Notes: generated by a model not told the origin, from the letters alone. Shown: positions 18,531 through 28,980, counted from the first letter of the stretch. The stretch: 64,000 nt of DNA from Candidatus Woesebacteria bacterium GW2011_GWF1_31_35 (GCA_001029755.1 CP011214.1:493767-557766), one strand, 5' to 3'. A program made the numbers and translations.

Positions 18531-18983
18531 ATGAGTAAAATTGATGCAACACTTATCAAGAAATTAAGAGAAGAAACAGGTGCAGGAGTTATGCGTGTTA
18601 AAAATGTATTAGAAGAAGTAAAGGGAGATGAAAAGAAAGCTCTTGATGTATTAAAGAAAGAAGGTTTTGAAAAAGTAGCTAAAAGAGAAGGAAGAGAGAC
18701 TAATCAAGGAAAAATTTTTGCCTATACGCATCATACTGGTAAAGTTGCCTCAATTACTGAACTTTTTTCAGAAACTGACTTTGTAGCCAAAAATGAATTA
18801 TTTGAAAATCTTGGAAAAGATATTGCTTTACAAGTTGCATCAATGGGAGAAAAGGATATTGAGAAACAGGAATTTATTAAAGATCCTTCTAAAAAAATTT
18901 CAGATTTAATTAAAGAAGTAATTGCTAAGACCGGAGAAAATATTAGACTTGGTAGGGTTATGCGTGTAGAATTAGGAAAGTAA
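18531..18983 (+). CDS. tsf: Elongation factor Ts (short, 150 aa)
   Basis: LIKKLREETGAGVMRVKNVL UBA-like N-terminus followed by the TDFVAKNE block. Confidence 0.85.
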   Translation: MSKIDATLIKKLREETGAGVMRVKNVLEEVKGDEKKALDVLKKEGFEKVAKREGRETNQGKIFAYTHHTGKVASITELFSETDFVAKNELFENLGKDIALQVASMGEKDIEKQEFIKDPSKKISDLIKEVIAKTGENIRLGRVMRVELGK

Positions 18984-19537
18984 TGGACGAAACTCAAGTA
19001 ACTTCAAAAATGCAAAGAGTCGTTGATTTGGTAGTTTCTGATATTAGTGGAATTCGAACAGGTAGAGCAACACCATCTTTAGTTGAAAATATTAATTGTC
19101 CCGCATATGGTGGAACACAGGTTTTAAAAGTAATTGAACTAGCTTCAATCTCTGCTCCTGATACTCAAACTTTGGTAATTTCTCCCTGGGATAAATCAAT
19201 TATAGGAGACATCAGAAAAGGAATATTGGAAGCTAATATTGGAATGAACCCATCAATTGATGGAGAAATAATTAGAATATCTTTCCCTCCATTAACAACA
19301 GAAGATAGAGAAAAATATGTAAAAATATTATCAGGAAAACTTGAAAATGGAAAAGTACTTATTCGATCAGTTAGGGCTGATGAGATGCATTTAATTAAGA
19401 AAAATTTTGAAGACAAAAAAATTACTGAGGATGAGAAAAAAGATGCAGAGACTAAGATCCAAGAGTTAACAGATTTATATATAGGAAAAATTGAAAGTTT
19501 AGGAGAAGCAAAAAAAAGTGATTTACTTCAGATTTAA
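18983..19537 (+). CDS. frr: Ribosome recycling factor
   Basis: RRF pattern ISGIRTGRATPSLVENI; overlaps the tsf stop. Confidence 0.85.
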   Translation: MDETQVTSKMQRVVDLVVSDISGIRTGRATPSLVENINCPAYGGTQVLKVIELASISAPDTQTLVISPWDKSIIGDIRKGILEANIGMNPSIDGEIIRISFPPLTTEDREKYVKILSGKLENGKVLIRSVRADEMHLIKKNFEDKKITEDEKKDAETKIQELTDLYIGKIESLGEAKKSDLLQI

Positions 19538-19788
19538 ACAAAATCCACTACGGGTAGTTTTAAATTTTTCTGAATAATTTGCACATTTTTGGTTACATGA
19601 ATGTTTTGTTTATCAAGATAGTTCGATGTATCTTTTAAATCTTTGCTTATCTTTTTGACATCTTCTTTGATAATTTTTATATCGTCTCTGATTGGTTTTA
19701 ATTTTTCTCCTAATTTAGATTTTAATTTTTCTTCAAGTTTAGTATCAATCAAATTTCCAATTGAATTAAGATCGTTTTTGGTAAGCAT
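19534..19788 (-). CDS. Hypothetical coiled-coil protein
   Basis: 84-aa Lys/Glu-rich ORF convergent with frr. Confidence 0.35.
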   Translation of the reverse strand: MLTKNDLNSIGNLIDTKLEEKLKSKLGEKLKPIRDDIKIIKEDVKKISKDLKDTSNYLDKQNIHVTKNVQIIQKNLKLPVVDFV

Positions 19789-19842
19789 AAATTAATATTA
19801 CACCGTGTACTTTTGACGTCAATTATTGCATAATGACAAAAT

Positions 19843-20931
19843 ATGTTGGGATCAATCTTAATTTTTATTTTAGTTCTTTCTATTTTAGTTTTGGTTCATG
19901 AATTGGGGCATTTCTTGGTTGCTAAAAAGTTTGGTATTCTTGTTGAGGAATTTGGGTTTGGCTTACCCCCTCGCATTTTTGGTAAAAAAATAAAGGATAC
20001 AATTTATTCTATAAATCTACTTCCTTTTGGTGGTTTTGTGAGACTTCATGGCGAATTGACAGATGATAAAGTAACGAACTCTAAACGAGCCTTTTTAAAT
20101 AAACCAAAATTAATTAAGGTTGCAGTAATAATTTCCGGGGTTATTATGAACTTTATTTTAGCAATTGTTGCCTTTGCTATAGTCTATTCTTTTACTGGGA
20201 TTCCAAGAGATACTAAAGAAGTTAAAATACTAGACATAGCTACAGGATCTCCAGCACAAATTGCACAAATATTACCAGGAGACAAAGTTTTGGCTGTCGA
20301 TGGAGTAAAAGTAATTAGTGTCACAGAATTTATTTCTAAAGTTGAAGATAAAAAAGGTAAAAAGGTTATATTACAATTACAAAATAGAAAAGTAACAATA
20401 ATTCCAAGAATAAGCCCTCCAGAGGGGGAAGGTCCATTAGGTGTTGCTGTTACAAATACTGAAGTTTATTTTGCTCCTATTTGGCAAAGACCTTTTTATG
20501 GTGCATATTTTGGATTTAAAGAAGCTATATTTTGGGGTAAAAATGTTTTAATGGGCTTAGGTTCAATTTTTACAAGTTTATTTAAAGGACAAGTTCCTCA
20601 GGATGTTTCAGGACCAGTAGGGGTTTTTGCAGTAACTTCAGAAGTTGCTAAAGAAGGAATTTTAAGTTTAATTAATTTACTTGGAATCATTTCAGTTAAT
20701 TTAGCAATTATTAATATTTTACCTTTCCCAGCCCTTGATGGTGGAAGACTTTTGTTTATTTTTATTGAAAAAATAATTGGAAAAAGAATTATTCCTAAAG
20801 TTGAGAACTTTATTCATACTGTTGGTATGATTATTCTTTTAGGTCTAATTTTAGCAATTACAATCCATGATATTAGACGTTTAATAACTGCTGGTTCAAT
20901 TTCAGGATTTCTAAATTCAATGATAAAATAA
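19843..20931 (+). CDS. rseP: Regulated intramembrane zinc protease RseP (M50 with PDZ)
   Basis: HELGH motif, a PDZ segment and NILPFPALDGG. Confidence 0.85.
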   Translation: MLGSILIFILVLSILVLVHELGHFLVAKKFGILVEEFGFGLPPRIFGKKIKDTIYSINLLPFGGFVRLHGELTDDKVTNSKRAFLNKPKLIKVAVIISGVIMNFILAIVAFAIVYSFTGIPRDTKEVKILDIATGSPAQIAQILPGDKVLAVDGVKVISVTEFISKVEDKKGKKVILQLQNRKVTIIPRISPPEGEGPLGVAVTNTEVYFAPIWQRPFYGAYFGFKEAIFWGKNVLMGLGSIFTSLFKGQVPQDVSGPVGVFAVTSEVAKEGILSLINLLGIISVNLAIINILPFPALDGGRLLFIFIEKIIGKRIIPKVENFIHTVGMIILLGLILAITIHDIRRLITAGSISGFLNSMIK

Positions 20932-20938
20932 ACCAATA

Positions 20939-22153
20939 ATGAAGCAATCAATTTTATTTCCAAAAACAAGAAAAGAAGCTCCAAAAGATGCAGAAAGTGT
21001 CAACCATAAACTTTTAGTCAGAGCAGGGTTTATTGATCAATTAATGGCAGGAAGTTGGACACTTTTGCCTTTAGGTTGGAGGGTAGTTTCTAAAATAAAT
21101 AACATAATTAAGGAGGAAATGGATGCAATTGGTGGTCAAGAAATGCTGATGCCACTACTTCACCCTAAAGAAATTTGGAATGAAACAGGAAGATGGGATA
21201 AGGCAGATGAAGTTATGTATAAATTAAAGGATAAAAGAAAAAAAGAATTTGTTCTTTCTTTTACTCATGAAGAAATAGTAATGGATTTAATTCGCAAAAA
21301 CATTACAAGTTATAAAGATTTACCAATTTCAATTTATCATTTTTCGACCAAATTTAGGAATGAACTGCGAGCAAAATCAGGAATATTAAGAGGGCGAGAA
21401 TTTATGATGAAGGATCTTTATTCTGCACACACATCAGAGGAAGATCTAATGGAATATTATGAAAAAGTTAAAAAAGCTTATTCTAAAATATTTAGAAGGT
21501 TAGGTTTTAACAGCGAAACCGGTTATGTTTTTAAAGTTACGAAAGCTTCAGGTGGGGTATTTACAGATAAATATACACACGAGTTTCAGGTACTTTCTGA
21601 AGCAGGTGAGGATACAATTTACTGGAAAAATGATGAAGATGAGGCCATTAATGAAGAGATATTAGAAGGAAATAAAGATGATTATAAAATGGCTAAATCT
21701 ATTGAGGTGGGAAATATTTTTCCATTAGGTACTTGGTATGCAGAGAGAATGAAAATTTACTTTACTGATGAAGATGGAAAGAAAAAGCCCCTTTGGTTTG
21801 GAAGTTACGGAATAGGGTCTACCCGTGTAATGGGAACATGGGTTGAAGTTTCTCATGATGAAAAAGGAATAATTTGGAATAAAGAAATAAGTCCCTTTGA
21901 TGTTCATTTGATTGAACTTACAGGCGGAAAAGCTAAAGAAGTATATGAAAAATTAACTTATACAGGAGTTGATGTTCTCTGGGACGACAGAAATATACCT
22001 GCCGGAGAGAAGTTTGCAGATTGTGATTTAATTGGAATTCCTGTAAGACTTGTTGTTTCAGAAAAAACAAAAGGTAAGATTGAATTTAAAATGAGAAATT
22101 CTAAAGATATCGAACTTTTAAGTTTAGATGAGGTTATAAATAAATTAAAATGA
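20939..22153 (+). CDS. proS: Prolyl-tRNA synthetase (compact, 404 aa)
   Basis: LMPLLHPKEIWNETGRW and RGREFMMKDLYSAH class II motifs. Confidence 0.8.
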   Translation: MKQSILFPKTRKEAPKDAESVNHKLLVRAGFIDQLMAGSWTLLPLGWRVVSKINNIIKEEMDAIGGQEMLMPLLHPKEIWNETGRWDKADEVMYKLKDKRKKEFVLSFTHEEIVMDLIRKNITSYKDLPISIYHFSTKFRNELRAKSGILRGREFMMKDLYSAHTSEEDLMEYYEKVKKAYSKIFRRLGFNSETGYVFKVTKASGGVFTDKYTHEFQVLSEAGEDTIYWKNDEDEAINEEILEGNKDDYKMAKSIEVGNIFPLGTWYAERMKIYFTDEDGKKKPLWFGSYGIGSTRVMGTWVEVSHDEKGIIWNKEISPFDVHLIELTGGKAKEVYEKLTYTGVDVLWDDRNIPAGEKFADCDLIGIPVRLVVSEKTKGKIEFKMRNSKDIELLSLDEVINKLK

Positions 22154-22476
22154 ATGAAGATTGCGTATTTTGTAAGATTATAAATAAAGAAATTCCCACA
22201 AAAAATATAAGATATGAAGATTCTGATATTATTGCTTTTGATAGTATTGATCCTGTAGCTAAAACACACATACTAATAGTTCCCAAAAAACATATTATAA
22301 GTTTTCTAGAAATTAATGACGATTATGATTTTTCAAAAATAATTAAAGCTGCACAAAAAATCATTGTGGAAAATAAAATCGAATTAGCGTATAAATTAGT
22401 ATTCAATGGCGGAAAGTTTCAAACTATACAACACCTGCATTGGCATTTATTATCAGGTAATCTAAAAGAAATATGA
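22150..22476 (+). CDS. HIT-family (histidine triad) hydrolase
   Basis: CVFCKII N-terminus and HLHWHLL triad; TGA stop overlaps the next start (ATGA). Confidence 0.8.
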   Translation: MNEDCVFCKIINKEIPTKNIRYEDSDIIAFDSIDPVAKTHILIVPKKHIISFLEINDDYDFSKIIKAAQKIIVENKIELAYKLVFNGGKFQTIQHLHWHLLSGNLKEI

Positions 22477-22925
22477 TTGCAAATACTCTAACACAAAAAA
22501 TAGGCGAAGCAATGAAGGCAAGAGATGCAATTCGTCTTTCAACTTTACGTATGCTTTCATCTGCATTTAATTATGAAAAGATTGCAAAACAACACGAACT
22601 AAATGATGAAGAGGAATTAAGTGTTGTAAGAAAAGAAGCTAAAAAGAGAAAAGAAGCAATTGATGCTTATGAAAAAGTAACAGATAAAGAAAGTGTGAGA
22701 GAAAGAATTGATCAGGAAACAAAGGAATTGGCTATTTTGCAAGAATATTTACCACCAGAAATAAGTCAGGATGAAATAATAAAATTGGTAGATGCAGCAA
22801 TTTTAGAATTAAAAGTAAGTTCTATTTCAGATATGGGCAAAGTAATAGGATTAGTCAAATCAAAATCTCCAGGAGTGGATGGTTCTACATTAGCTGAAAT
22901 AGTAAAGCAAAAATTATTAAGTTAA
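22473..22925 (+). CDS. GatB/YqeY domain protein
   Basis: LTQKIGEAMKARD...LSTLRML YqeY pattern. Confidence 0.7.
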   Translation: MIANTLTQKIGEAMKARDAIRLSTLRMLSSAFNYEKIAKQHELNDEEELSVVRKEAKKRKEAIDAYEKVTDKESVRERIDQETKELAILQEYLPPEISQDEIIKLVDAAILELKVSSISDMGKVIGLVKSKSPGVDGSTLAEIVKQKLLS

Positions 22926-22938
22926 TTTTTTTAACATT

Positions 22939-23325
22939 ATGATAAAAGTAAAAGTGTCTAAACAATTAAATTATCCTGTTAGTGGAGTCAAAATTCGAAA
23001 TTTTTTGCAAAATTTTTTCAAAGATCAGGGAATTGTGTCAGATGCAACCGCTCACGTTTTTTTGGTAAATGAAGCAAAAATGTTAAAACTTGCTAAAAAA
23101 TATTATAAAGATAATAAGTTACATAATGTTTTTACTTTTGTGGAATCTGAGGTAGCTGGGTTTGTTAATCCTCCAATTACTGGAATAAATTTGGGAGAAA
23201 TTGTAGTTTGTTTTCCAGTTGCTGTTAAAGAAGCAGGAATTGAAGGAAAATTGATAGAAGAAAAAGTATTAGAACTTATTGAACATGGTGGAATGCATCT
23301 TTTGGGTAAACATCATGAAGAATAA
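22939..23325 (+). CDS. ybeY: rRNA maturation endoribonuclease YbeY
   Basis: C-terminal HGGMHLLGKHH zinc-binding motif. Confidence 0.75.
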   Translation: MIKVKVSKQLNYPVSGVKIRNFLQNFFKDQGIVSDATAHVFLVNEAKMLKLAKKYYKDNKLHNVFTFVESEVAGFVNPPITGINLGEIVVCFPVAVKEAGIEGKLIEEKVLELIEHGGMHLLGKHHEE

Positions 23326-23344
23326 TTAAAATAAGTTTTATAAA

Positions 23345-24799
23345 ATGACTTTTTATTTAAAATACAGACCACAAAAATTAGACGATTTAGATATCTTATC
23401 GGTCAGAAATACTTTAGTTAATATTTTAAAATCAGGTACGATTCCCCACGCATATCTATTTGCTGGGCCTAAAGGAACTGGAAAAACATCAGCAGCAAGA
23501 ATACTGGCCAAAGCCATTAATTGTGAATCAAAAAATCCACCATGTAATAAATGCGATCAGTGTGTCTCTATTACTAATGGAACAAACATTGACGTGATTG
23601 AAATGGATGCTGCTAGTAATAGAGGAATTGATGATATTAGAGCTTTAAGAGATATTATTAAATTAGCTCCCGCTAAAGCAAAATCCAAAATTTATATTAT
23701 TGATGAGGCTCATATGTTAACAATTGAAGCTTCTAATGCACTTTTAAAAACTTTAGAGGAACCACCATCTCATGTTTACTTTATTTTGGCTACGACTAAT
23801 CCTGAAAAATTAATTGAAACAATAAAAAGTAGAACTACTTTAATTCATTTTACCAAAGCTACAGCTGATGAAATATCTAGATCATTAAAAAGAGTTGTGG
23901 ATGGAGAAAAAATGAAAATATCAGAAGAAGATCTTAAAATTATCGCCAAAATGTCTAAAGGGTCATTTAGAGATGCTGTAAAAATACTAGAGCAAGTAAG
24001 TGTTGATAAAAATTTATTAAAAAATTCAAAGAGTTTTAATGTAGATAATTTTTTGGAATTACTAAATAAAAAAGATTTAAAAAAAAGTCTTAATGAGCTA
24101 TCAAGTGCCATTAAAGAAGGGATAAGTGTCGAATTAATAACTGAATCAGTTTTAGAAAAGTTGAGGTTTGAACTTTTGGCGTTATCCGGAATAGGTTCTA
24201 ATGAATATAAATTTACAAAATTAGAACTAATTCAACTAATTGAATTCATAATTCAATCACAGGAAAATATTAAACTTTCCCCAGTTGAGGAATTGCCTTT
24301 AGAACTTGCTATAATTAAATGGTTTGGAGATGACGGGGAAGTTGATATTGGGGATGGAGATATAAATGATGATAAGAAAGATGAAACTACAGAAAAACAA
24401 AATACTAAAGTTTTAAAAGATGATATAAAACTTAGTGATACAAATATAGAAAACTCAACTCCTTCTGAATTTAACATACCTGAAGTAAACATCGAATACT
24501 GGACTAAAATTTTGGCTGAAGTTAAATTAATAAATGCATCAATTGAAGCGCTTTTAAGATCTTCTAAACCAATTGGGTTTGATGGACAAAGATTAAAATT
24601 AGGTGTTTATTATAAATTTCATAAAGATAAATTAGAAGAATTAAAAAATAAAAAATTGTTAGAAGATATTGCTACAAAAATTTTTGAAAAGACAATTAGG
24701 ATTGAATGTCTATTAACTGAACCACCTGCAAAAATACAATTGACTGAGAGTAAGGATGATAATATACTAAACGTTGCAGAGGAGATATTTAATGTTTGA
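23345..24799 (+). CDS. dnaX: DNA polymerase III subunit gamma/tau
   Basis: GPKGTGKTS Walker A, CNKCDQC zinc module, IIDEAHML box. Confidence 0.85.
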   Translation: MTFYLKYRPQKLDDLDILSVRNTLVNILKSGTIPHAYLFAGPKGTGKTSAARILAKAINCESKNPPCNKCDQCVSITNGTNIDVIEMDAASNRGIDDIRALRDIIKLAPAKAKSKIYIIDEAHMLTIEASNALLKTLEEPPSHVYFILATTNPEKLIETIKSRTTLIHFTKATADEISRSLKRVVDGEKMKISEEDLKIIAKMSKGSFRDAVKILEQVSVDKNLLKNSKSFNVDNFLELLNKKDLKKSLNELSSAIKEGISVELITESVLEKLRFELLALSGIGSNEYKFTKLELIQLIEFIIQSQENIKLSPVEELPLELAIIKWFGDDGEVDIGDGDINDDKKDETTEKQNTKVLKDDIKLSDTNIENSTPSEFNIPEVNIEYWTKILAEVKLINASIEALLRSSKPIGFDGQRLKLGVYYKFHKDKLEELKNKKLLEDIATKIFEKTIRIECLLTEPPAKIQLTESKDDNILNVAEEIFNV

Positions 24800-24833
24800 T
24801 AAGCAAAGCTTGTCAAACAGTTTTTAATAAAAT

Positions 24834-25121
24834 ATGTTTGATAAATTTAAACAATTAGGAGAGTTAAATAAAATGCGTCAGCAAGCTCAGAGTTTGCAGA
24901 AAGAGCTTGAGAAAATTATAGAAACTGTTGAGAAAAATGGTTTAAGTGTTTCAGTTACAGGGGATCAAAAAATTAGATATATTAAAAAAGATGGAGAAGA
25001 AATGAAAGAGTTGGTTGAACTTATTAACGAAGCTATGAAAAAAGTACAAAAAGAAGCAGCCAAAAAGATGATGGAAATGGGTGGAGGACTTTCAGGACTT
25101 CTAGGTGGAATGGGTAAATAA
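24834..25121 (+). CDS. ybaB: Nucleoid-associated protein YbaB/EbfC
   Basis: MRQQAQSLQKELEK pattern; canonical dnaX-ybaB-recR order. Confidence 0.8.
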   Translation: MFDKFKQLGELNKMRQQAQSLQKELEKIIETVEKNGLSVSVTGDQKIRYIKKDGEEMKELVELINEAMKKVQKEAAKKMMEMGGGLSGLLGGMGK

Positions 25122-25122
25122 A

Positions 25123-25392
25123 TTAGTTATCTTTATCAAGTCGATCTAAAAATTGACAAGGAGAAGGATTACTTCTCCCCCTGGTAATAGCAGGATTTGT
25201 ACACTGGACTCTTTTTTCTCCGGAAGCATTTAAATTCATTGGAAATTGGCAACTTGCACGAGACCCTTTTGGAGGACATTCTGGATAACCACCAGGTCTT
25301 GTTTCAAGTGGAGCTGATATACTATTAATTTCAACAAATTTAATATCAGGTGTCATTATTGGATATTGTACTGTTTTTGTGTGATTTTTCAA
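25123..25392 (-). CDS. Hypothetical Cys-rich small protein (antisense in the ybaB-recR spacer)
   Basis: 89-aa ORF with 6 Cys that exactly fills a 285-nt gap; no homology recognised. Confidence 0.3.
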   Translation of the reverse strand: MKNHTKTVQYPIMTPDIKFVEINSISAPLETRPGGYPECPPKGSRASCQFPMNLNASGEKRVQCTNPAITRGRSNPSPCQFLDRLDKDN

Positions 25393-25407
25393 GTAAAATG
25401 AATAGTT

Positions 25408-26019
25408 ATGAAAATTGCAAAAGCTATCTCTTCATTAATTGAATCTTTTGAAAAACTTCCTGGAATTGGTCCAAAGTCGGCTCAAAGACTTACATATTAT
25501 CTATTACACGTTCCACAAAGAGAATTAGACGAATTTGGAAAAAATCTAGAAAGATTAAAAAAAGATACAGTATTTTGCACAGTTTGTAAAAATATAGCTG
25601 AAGTTGACCCTTGTCCAATTTGTTCAGATAATTTAAGAGATAAGACTATACTTTTAGTGGTTGAACAACCTTTAGACATTTTAGCTTTTGAAAGAAGTGG
25701 GAGATTTAGGGGAATTTATCATTGTCTTCATGGGGCTATTAATCCCTTGGAAAACATTGGTCCTGATGAGATTTTTATAGATGAATTAATCAAAAGAGTA
25801 AAAGATACCAAAAAAAATAAAATTGAAGAAGTAGTTATTGCTACAAATCCAACAATGGAAGGGGAAGCAACTGCGATGTATCTAGTAAAACAATTTAAAA
25901 GTATTAATTCAAAAGTAAAAGTTACTCGTCTAGGAATGGGAATTCCTACCGGAGCTGATTTAGAATATGCAGATGATGTAACATTAACTCAGGCCCTAGA
26001 AGGTCGTAGGGAAATGTAA
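25408..26019 (+). CDS. recR: Recombination protein RecR
   Basis: LPGIGPKSAQRL HhH motif, C4 zinc finger CTVCKN...CPIC, Toprim. Confidence 0.9.
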   Translation: MKIAKAISSLIESFEKLPGIGPKSAQRLTYYLLHVPQRELDEFGKNLERLKKDTVFCTVCKNIAEVDPCPICSDNLRDKTILLVVEQPLDILAFERSGRFRGIYHCLHGAINPLENIGPDEIFIDELIKRVKDTKKNKIEEVVIATNPTMEGEATAMYLVKQFKSINSKVKVTRLGMGIPTGADLEYADDVTLTQALEGRREM

Positions 26020-26024
26020 ATTAT

Positions 26025-26555
26025 ATGAATACAACTGCCCAAAGTTTTAAACAAGCTATTAAAAAGTCCGCTAGAACTATTGGAGATGAGCCGTTAGAGA
26101 TTCTTAAAAATGCTAGAGATCAAGTGACAGGGTCTGAAGATTATTTTTCAGGAAATGAGAAAACTAATGAAGTATCTAAAGATGATTCTGCAATTAGAGA
26201 TGAAGAACAGTACAAAAAAAAAGTTTCTGAACAAGACGGAAGGCATTTGGAGGCTTTAGAAGTAGAACTTAAAGATATAAGACGTCAAAAACTTTTTAAT
26301 GAAATAATGCAAAAAATACAAGATGGAATTGATGTTTCAGTCGAAGAATTTAGTGAACTTACTTATGAACAGAGAGAAGTATTAAAAGCACAGATTGAGG
26401 TAATTAAAAATAAAAAAATACAATCTTTAAATCAAAACAATGGTTTAATAGAACCTGCTTCTAAAAAAGGTAGGAGACTTGGGATATTTGGACAAAAGCA
26501 GGCAGCAGAAAAACAAACTACTAGAGTAGAGAATCCTATTCAGTCTTCTACTTAA
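26025..26555 (+). CDS. Hypothetical charged/coiled-coil protein
   Basis: 176-aa ORF with no recognisable motifs. Confidence 0.4.
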   Translation: MNTTAQSFKQAIKKSARTIGDEPLEILKNARDQVTGSEDYFSGNEKTNEVSKDDSAIRDEEQYKKKVSEQDGRHLEALEVELKDIRRQKLFNEIMQKIQDGIDVSVEEFSELTYEQREVLKAQIEVIKNKKIQSLNQNNGLIEPASKKGRRLGIFGQKQAAEKQTTRVENPIQSST

Positions 26556-26574
26556 AATTTGCTACAATACTAAT

Positions 26575-27987
26575 ATGCCAGGACTTTTAATTTACAATTC
26601 TTTAACTAGAAAAAAGGAATTATTTACTCCTATTAACCCATCTGAAGTGAAGATGTATACCTGTGGTCCAACTGTCTATCATTTTACCAGTATTGGAAAT
26701 TTTAGAACATATACTTCAGCTGACATATTACTTCGAGTTTTAGAATATAACGGTTTTAAGGTTAAATATATTATGAATTTAACTGATGTTGGTCATTTAA
26801 CTGGAGATAATTTAGGAGATGCTGATACCGGAGAAGATAGATTGGAAAAAGCTGCTAAGGAAGAAAGGAAAACCGCATGGGATATTGCTTCAATTTATAC
26901 TGAAAGTTTTCTTACTGATTTTAAAAAATTAAATCTAACAAAGCCTTTTGAGTTTGTTAAAGCAACTGATCATATTCAAGAACAAATAGATCTTATTAAA
27001 AAGCTTGAAGAAAAAAATCTTATCTATAAGACTTCAGATGGAATATATTTTGATACAGTTAAGTTTGAAAAAAATACAGGGAAAAAATATGGAGAACTTT
27101 CAACACTTGATCAAATTAAAGAAGGAGCAAGAGTTGAACCAAATCCAGAAAAGAAAAATCCTAGAGATTTCGCGCTTTGGAAATTTAGTCCAAAAAATGT
27201 TAAAAGAGATATGGAATGGGAATCTCCTTGGGGAATTGGTTTTCCTGGTTGGCATATAGAATGTTCTGCAATGAGTATGAAATATTTAGGAGAAACAATA
27301 GATATTCATACGGGGGGAGAGGATTTACGCTCAACTCATCATCCAAACGAAATTGCCCAAAGTGAGGGTGCAACAGGAAAACAATTTGTTAACTATTGGA
27401 TGCATGGCTCATTTTTAAAAGTTGATGGAAAAAGAATGGGAAAAAGCTTGGGTAATGCCTATACCATTAAAGATATTGATGATAAAGGGTTTAGTCCTTT
27501 GGATTTAAGATATTTTTATTTAGGTGGAAAATATAATGAGCAATTAAATTTTACTTGGGAAGGTTTAAATTCAGCTAAAATAGCTTTAGAAAAAATCAAA
27601 AATCAACTTGAGATTATTAAATCAAATAAGGATCGTAATGTAATTTCAAACGAAAAATTAGAAAAGTTAGATAAATATAGAAATGATTTCATATCTTCGC
27701 TTAATGATGATTTAAATACTCCAAAAGCACTAGCTACCCTTTGGGAAGTTATTAAAAGTAATATTCCAAGTCAAGATAAATATGATTTAATTTTAGACTT
27801 TGACGAAGTTTTAGGTTTAGATCTTTCAAAACAGGCGGAAACTAAAGAAATTCCTGAAAATATAGAAAAATTAATTGATGAAAGGAATAAATTGAGAAAT
27901 GAAAAAAGGTTTGAAGAATCGGATAATATAAGAGATAAGATTATTAAATTAGGATTTGAAGTTAAAGATCCTGCCAAAAATGAATAA
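26575..27987 (+). CDS. cysS: Cysteinyl-tRNA synthetase
   Basis: MYTCGPTVYHFTSIGN (HIGH region) and KMGKSLGN (KMSKS). Confidence 0.9.
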   Translation: MPGLLIYNSLTRKKELFTPINPSEVKMYTCGPTVYHFTSIGNFRTYTSADILLRVLEYNGFKVKYIMNLTDVGHLTGDNLGDADTGEDRLEKAAKEERKTAWDIASIYTESFLTDFKKLNLTKPFEFVKATDHIQEQIDLIKKLEEKNLIYKTSDGIYFDTVKFEKNTGKKYGELSTLDQIKEGARVEPNPEKKNPRDFALWKFSPKNVKRDMEWESPWGIGFPGWHIECSAMSMKYLGETIDIHTGGEDLRSTHHPNEIAQSEGATGKQFVNYWMHGSFLKVDGKRMGKSLGNAYTIKDIDDKGFSPLDLRYFYLGGKYNEQLNFTWEGLNSAKIALEKIKNQLEIIKSNKDRNVISNEKLEKLDKYRNDFISSLNDDLNTPKALATLWEVIKSNIPSQDKYDLILDFDEVLGLDLSKQAETKEIPENIEKLIDERNKLRNEKRFEESDNIRDKIIKLGFEVKDPAKNE

Positions 27988-28639
27988 ACAAAATTTTGTT
28001 AATTTAGTTGGTAGATTTATTTTAATTATAAATTTATTAGGACTTATTATTCTTTCAGTTTTTGTAGTTTTAATTTATCAAAAGTCTACAAAACAAGAAA
28101 AATTAGTTACAACAACTGAAAGTACTAAGGAAAATGATACTTGTGGCTCAGATTGTAAAGCTTATATTGATTCTGCAATATTGAATGTTTCTCAAAAAGA
28201 CATAAGTTTACCAACAACTTCTCCTACCTCTACAACTAAACCAACATTTTTACCAACAACTAAGCCTAAAACTTTTATTTCTTATATCCCAATTGCTGGT
28301 CCAGCAACAACAACATCAACAACTTGGGAAGATGTTTCTGGAACCGATTTTAACCTCGATCTAAATACAAATTATGGATCTAATGCTAAAACATCTTGGG
28401 AAGCTTTTATAAAAGTAGCCCATAATAACGGACAGGTTTTTGCAAGATTAATTGATGTTACTCATGGAATAGTTGTAAATGGTAGTGAAATATCTTTAAT
28501 TAATAATTCAAATCTTACACAAGTTTCTTCTGGACCTTTAAGTTTTTGGTCTGGGAATAATCAATACAGGGTTCAATTAAAATCTTTAAATTCATTTGAA
28601 GTCACTTTTGGAAGCGGGAGAGTAAAGATTACTTATTAG
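27956..28639 (+). CDS. Hypothetical membrane-anchored extracellular protein with Thr/Pro-rich linker
   Basis: N-terminal TM segment, then TSPTSTTKPTFLPTTKPKT linker and a beta-rich C-domain. Confidence 0.45.
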   Translation: MKLKILPKMNKQNFVNLVGRFILIINLLGLIILSVFVVLIYQKSTKQEKLVTTTESTKENDTCGSDCKAYIDSAILNVSQKDISLPTTSPTSTTKPTFLPTTKPKTFISYIPIAGPATTTSTTWEDVSGTDFNLDLNTNYGSNAKTSWEAFIKVAHNNGQVFARLIDVTHGIVVNGSEISLINNSNLTQVSSGPLSFWSGNNQYRVQLKSLNSFEVTFGSGRVKITY

Positions 28640-28641
28640 TC

Positions 28642-28980
28642 TTAAAAGTTAATTTTTTTAATTCCAAATTTTTTTTCGGGAATGGATTTTTTAACAATCA
28701 CCCCAACATAGTCAATTAAAGGAAAAGATTTTCTAACTTCCAACATAAATTTTTCTGAAAGATTTGTGGTGTAATTACCAAAGCCTGCCTTTTCACTTTG
28801 CGAACAAAGTTTACTTTCCCATTCACGAATTATTGAAAGAATCTTTGCACCTCCATTATTAAATTCTTCCTGTAGTGAATCTTGATCTAAACTATATTTC
28901 ATATGAAGTTTGGTAAAGTCTTCAAAAGCCTTTTTTTCAGTTGTGATCATTCTCTCAAAATATTCTCTATATTTTGTCAT
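28642..28980 (-). CDS. Hypothetical protein
   Basis: 112-aa ORF with no recognisable motif. Confidence 0.4.
   Translation of the reverse strand: MTKYREYFERMITTEKKAFEDFTKLHMKYSLDQDSLQEEFNNGGAKILSIIREWESKLCSQSEKAGFGNYTTNLSEKFMLEVRKSFPLIDYVGVIVKKSIPEKKFGIKKINF

Noticed and set aside
22150-22480. Possibility of an alternative genetic code (UGA recoded), as in some CPR lineages
   Set aside because: TGA terminates well-defined genes: the HIT gene ends at ATATGA, overlapping the next ATG, and the Xis-like ORF ends in TGA. Conserved proteins terminate where expected, so the standard code 11 applies.
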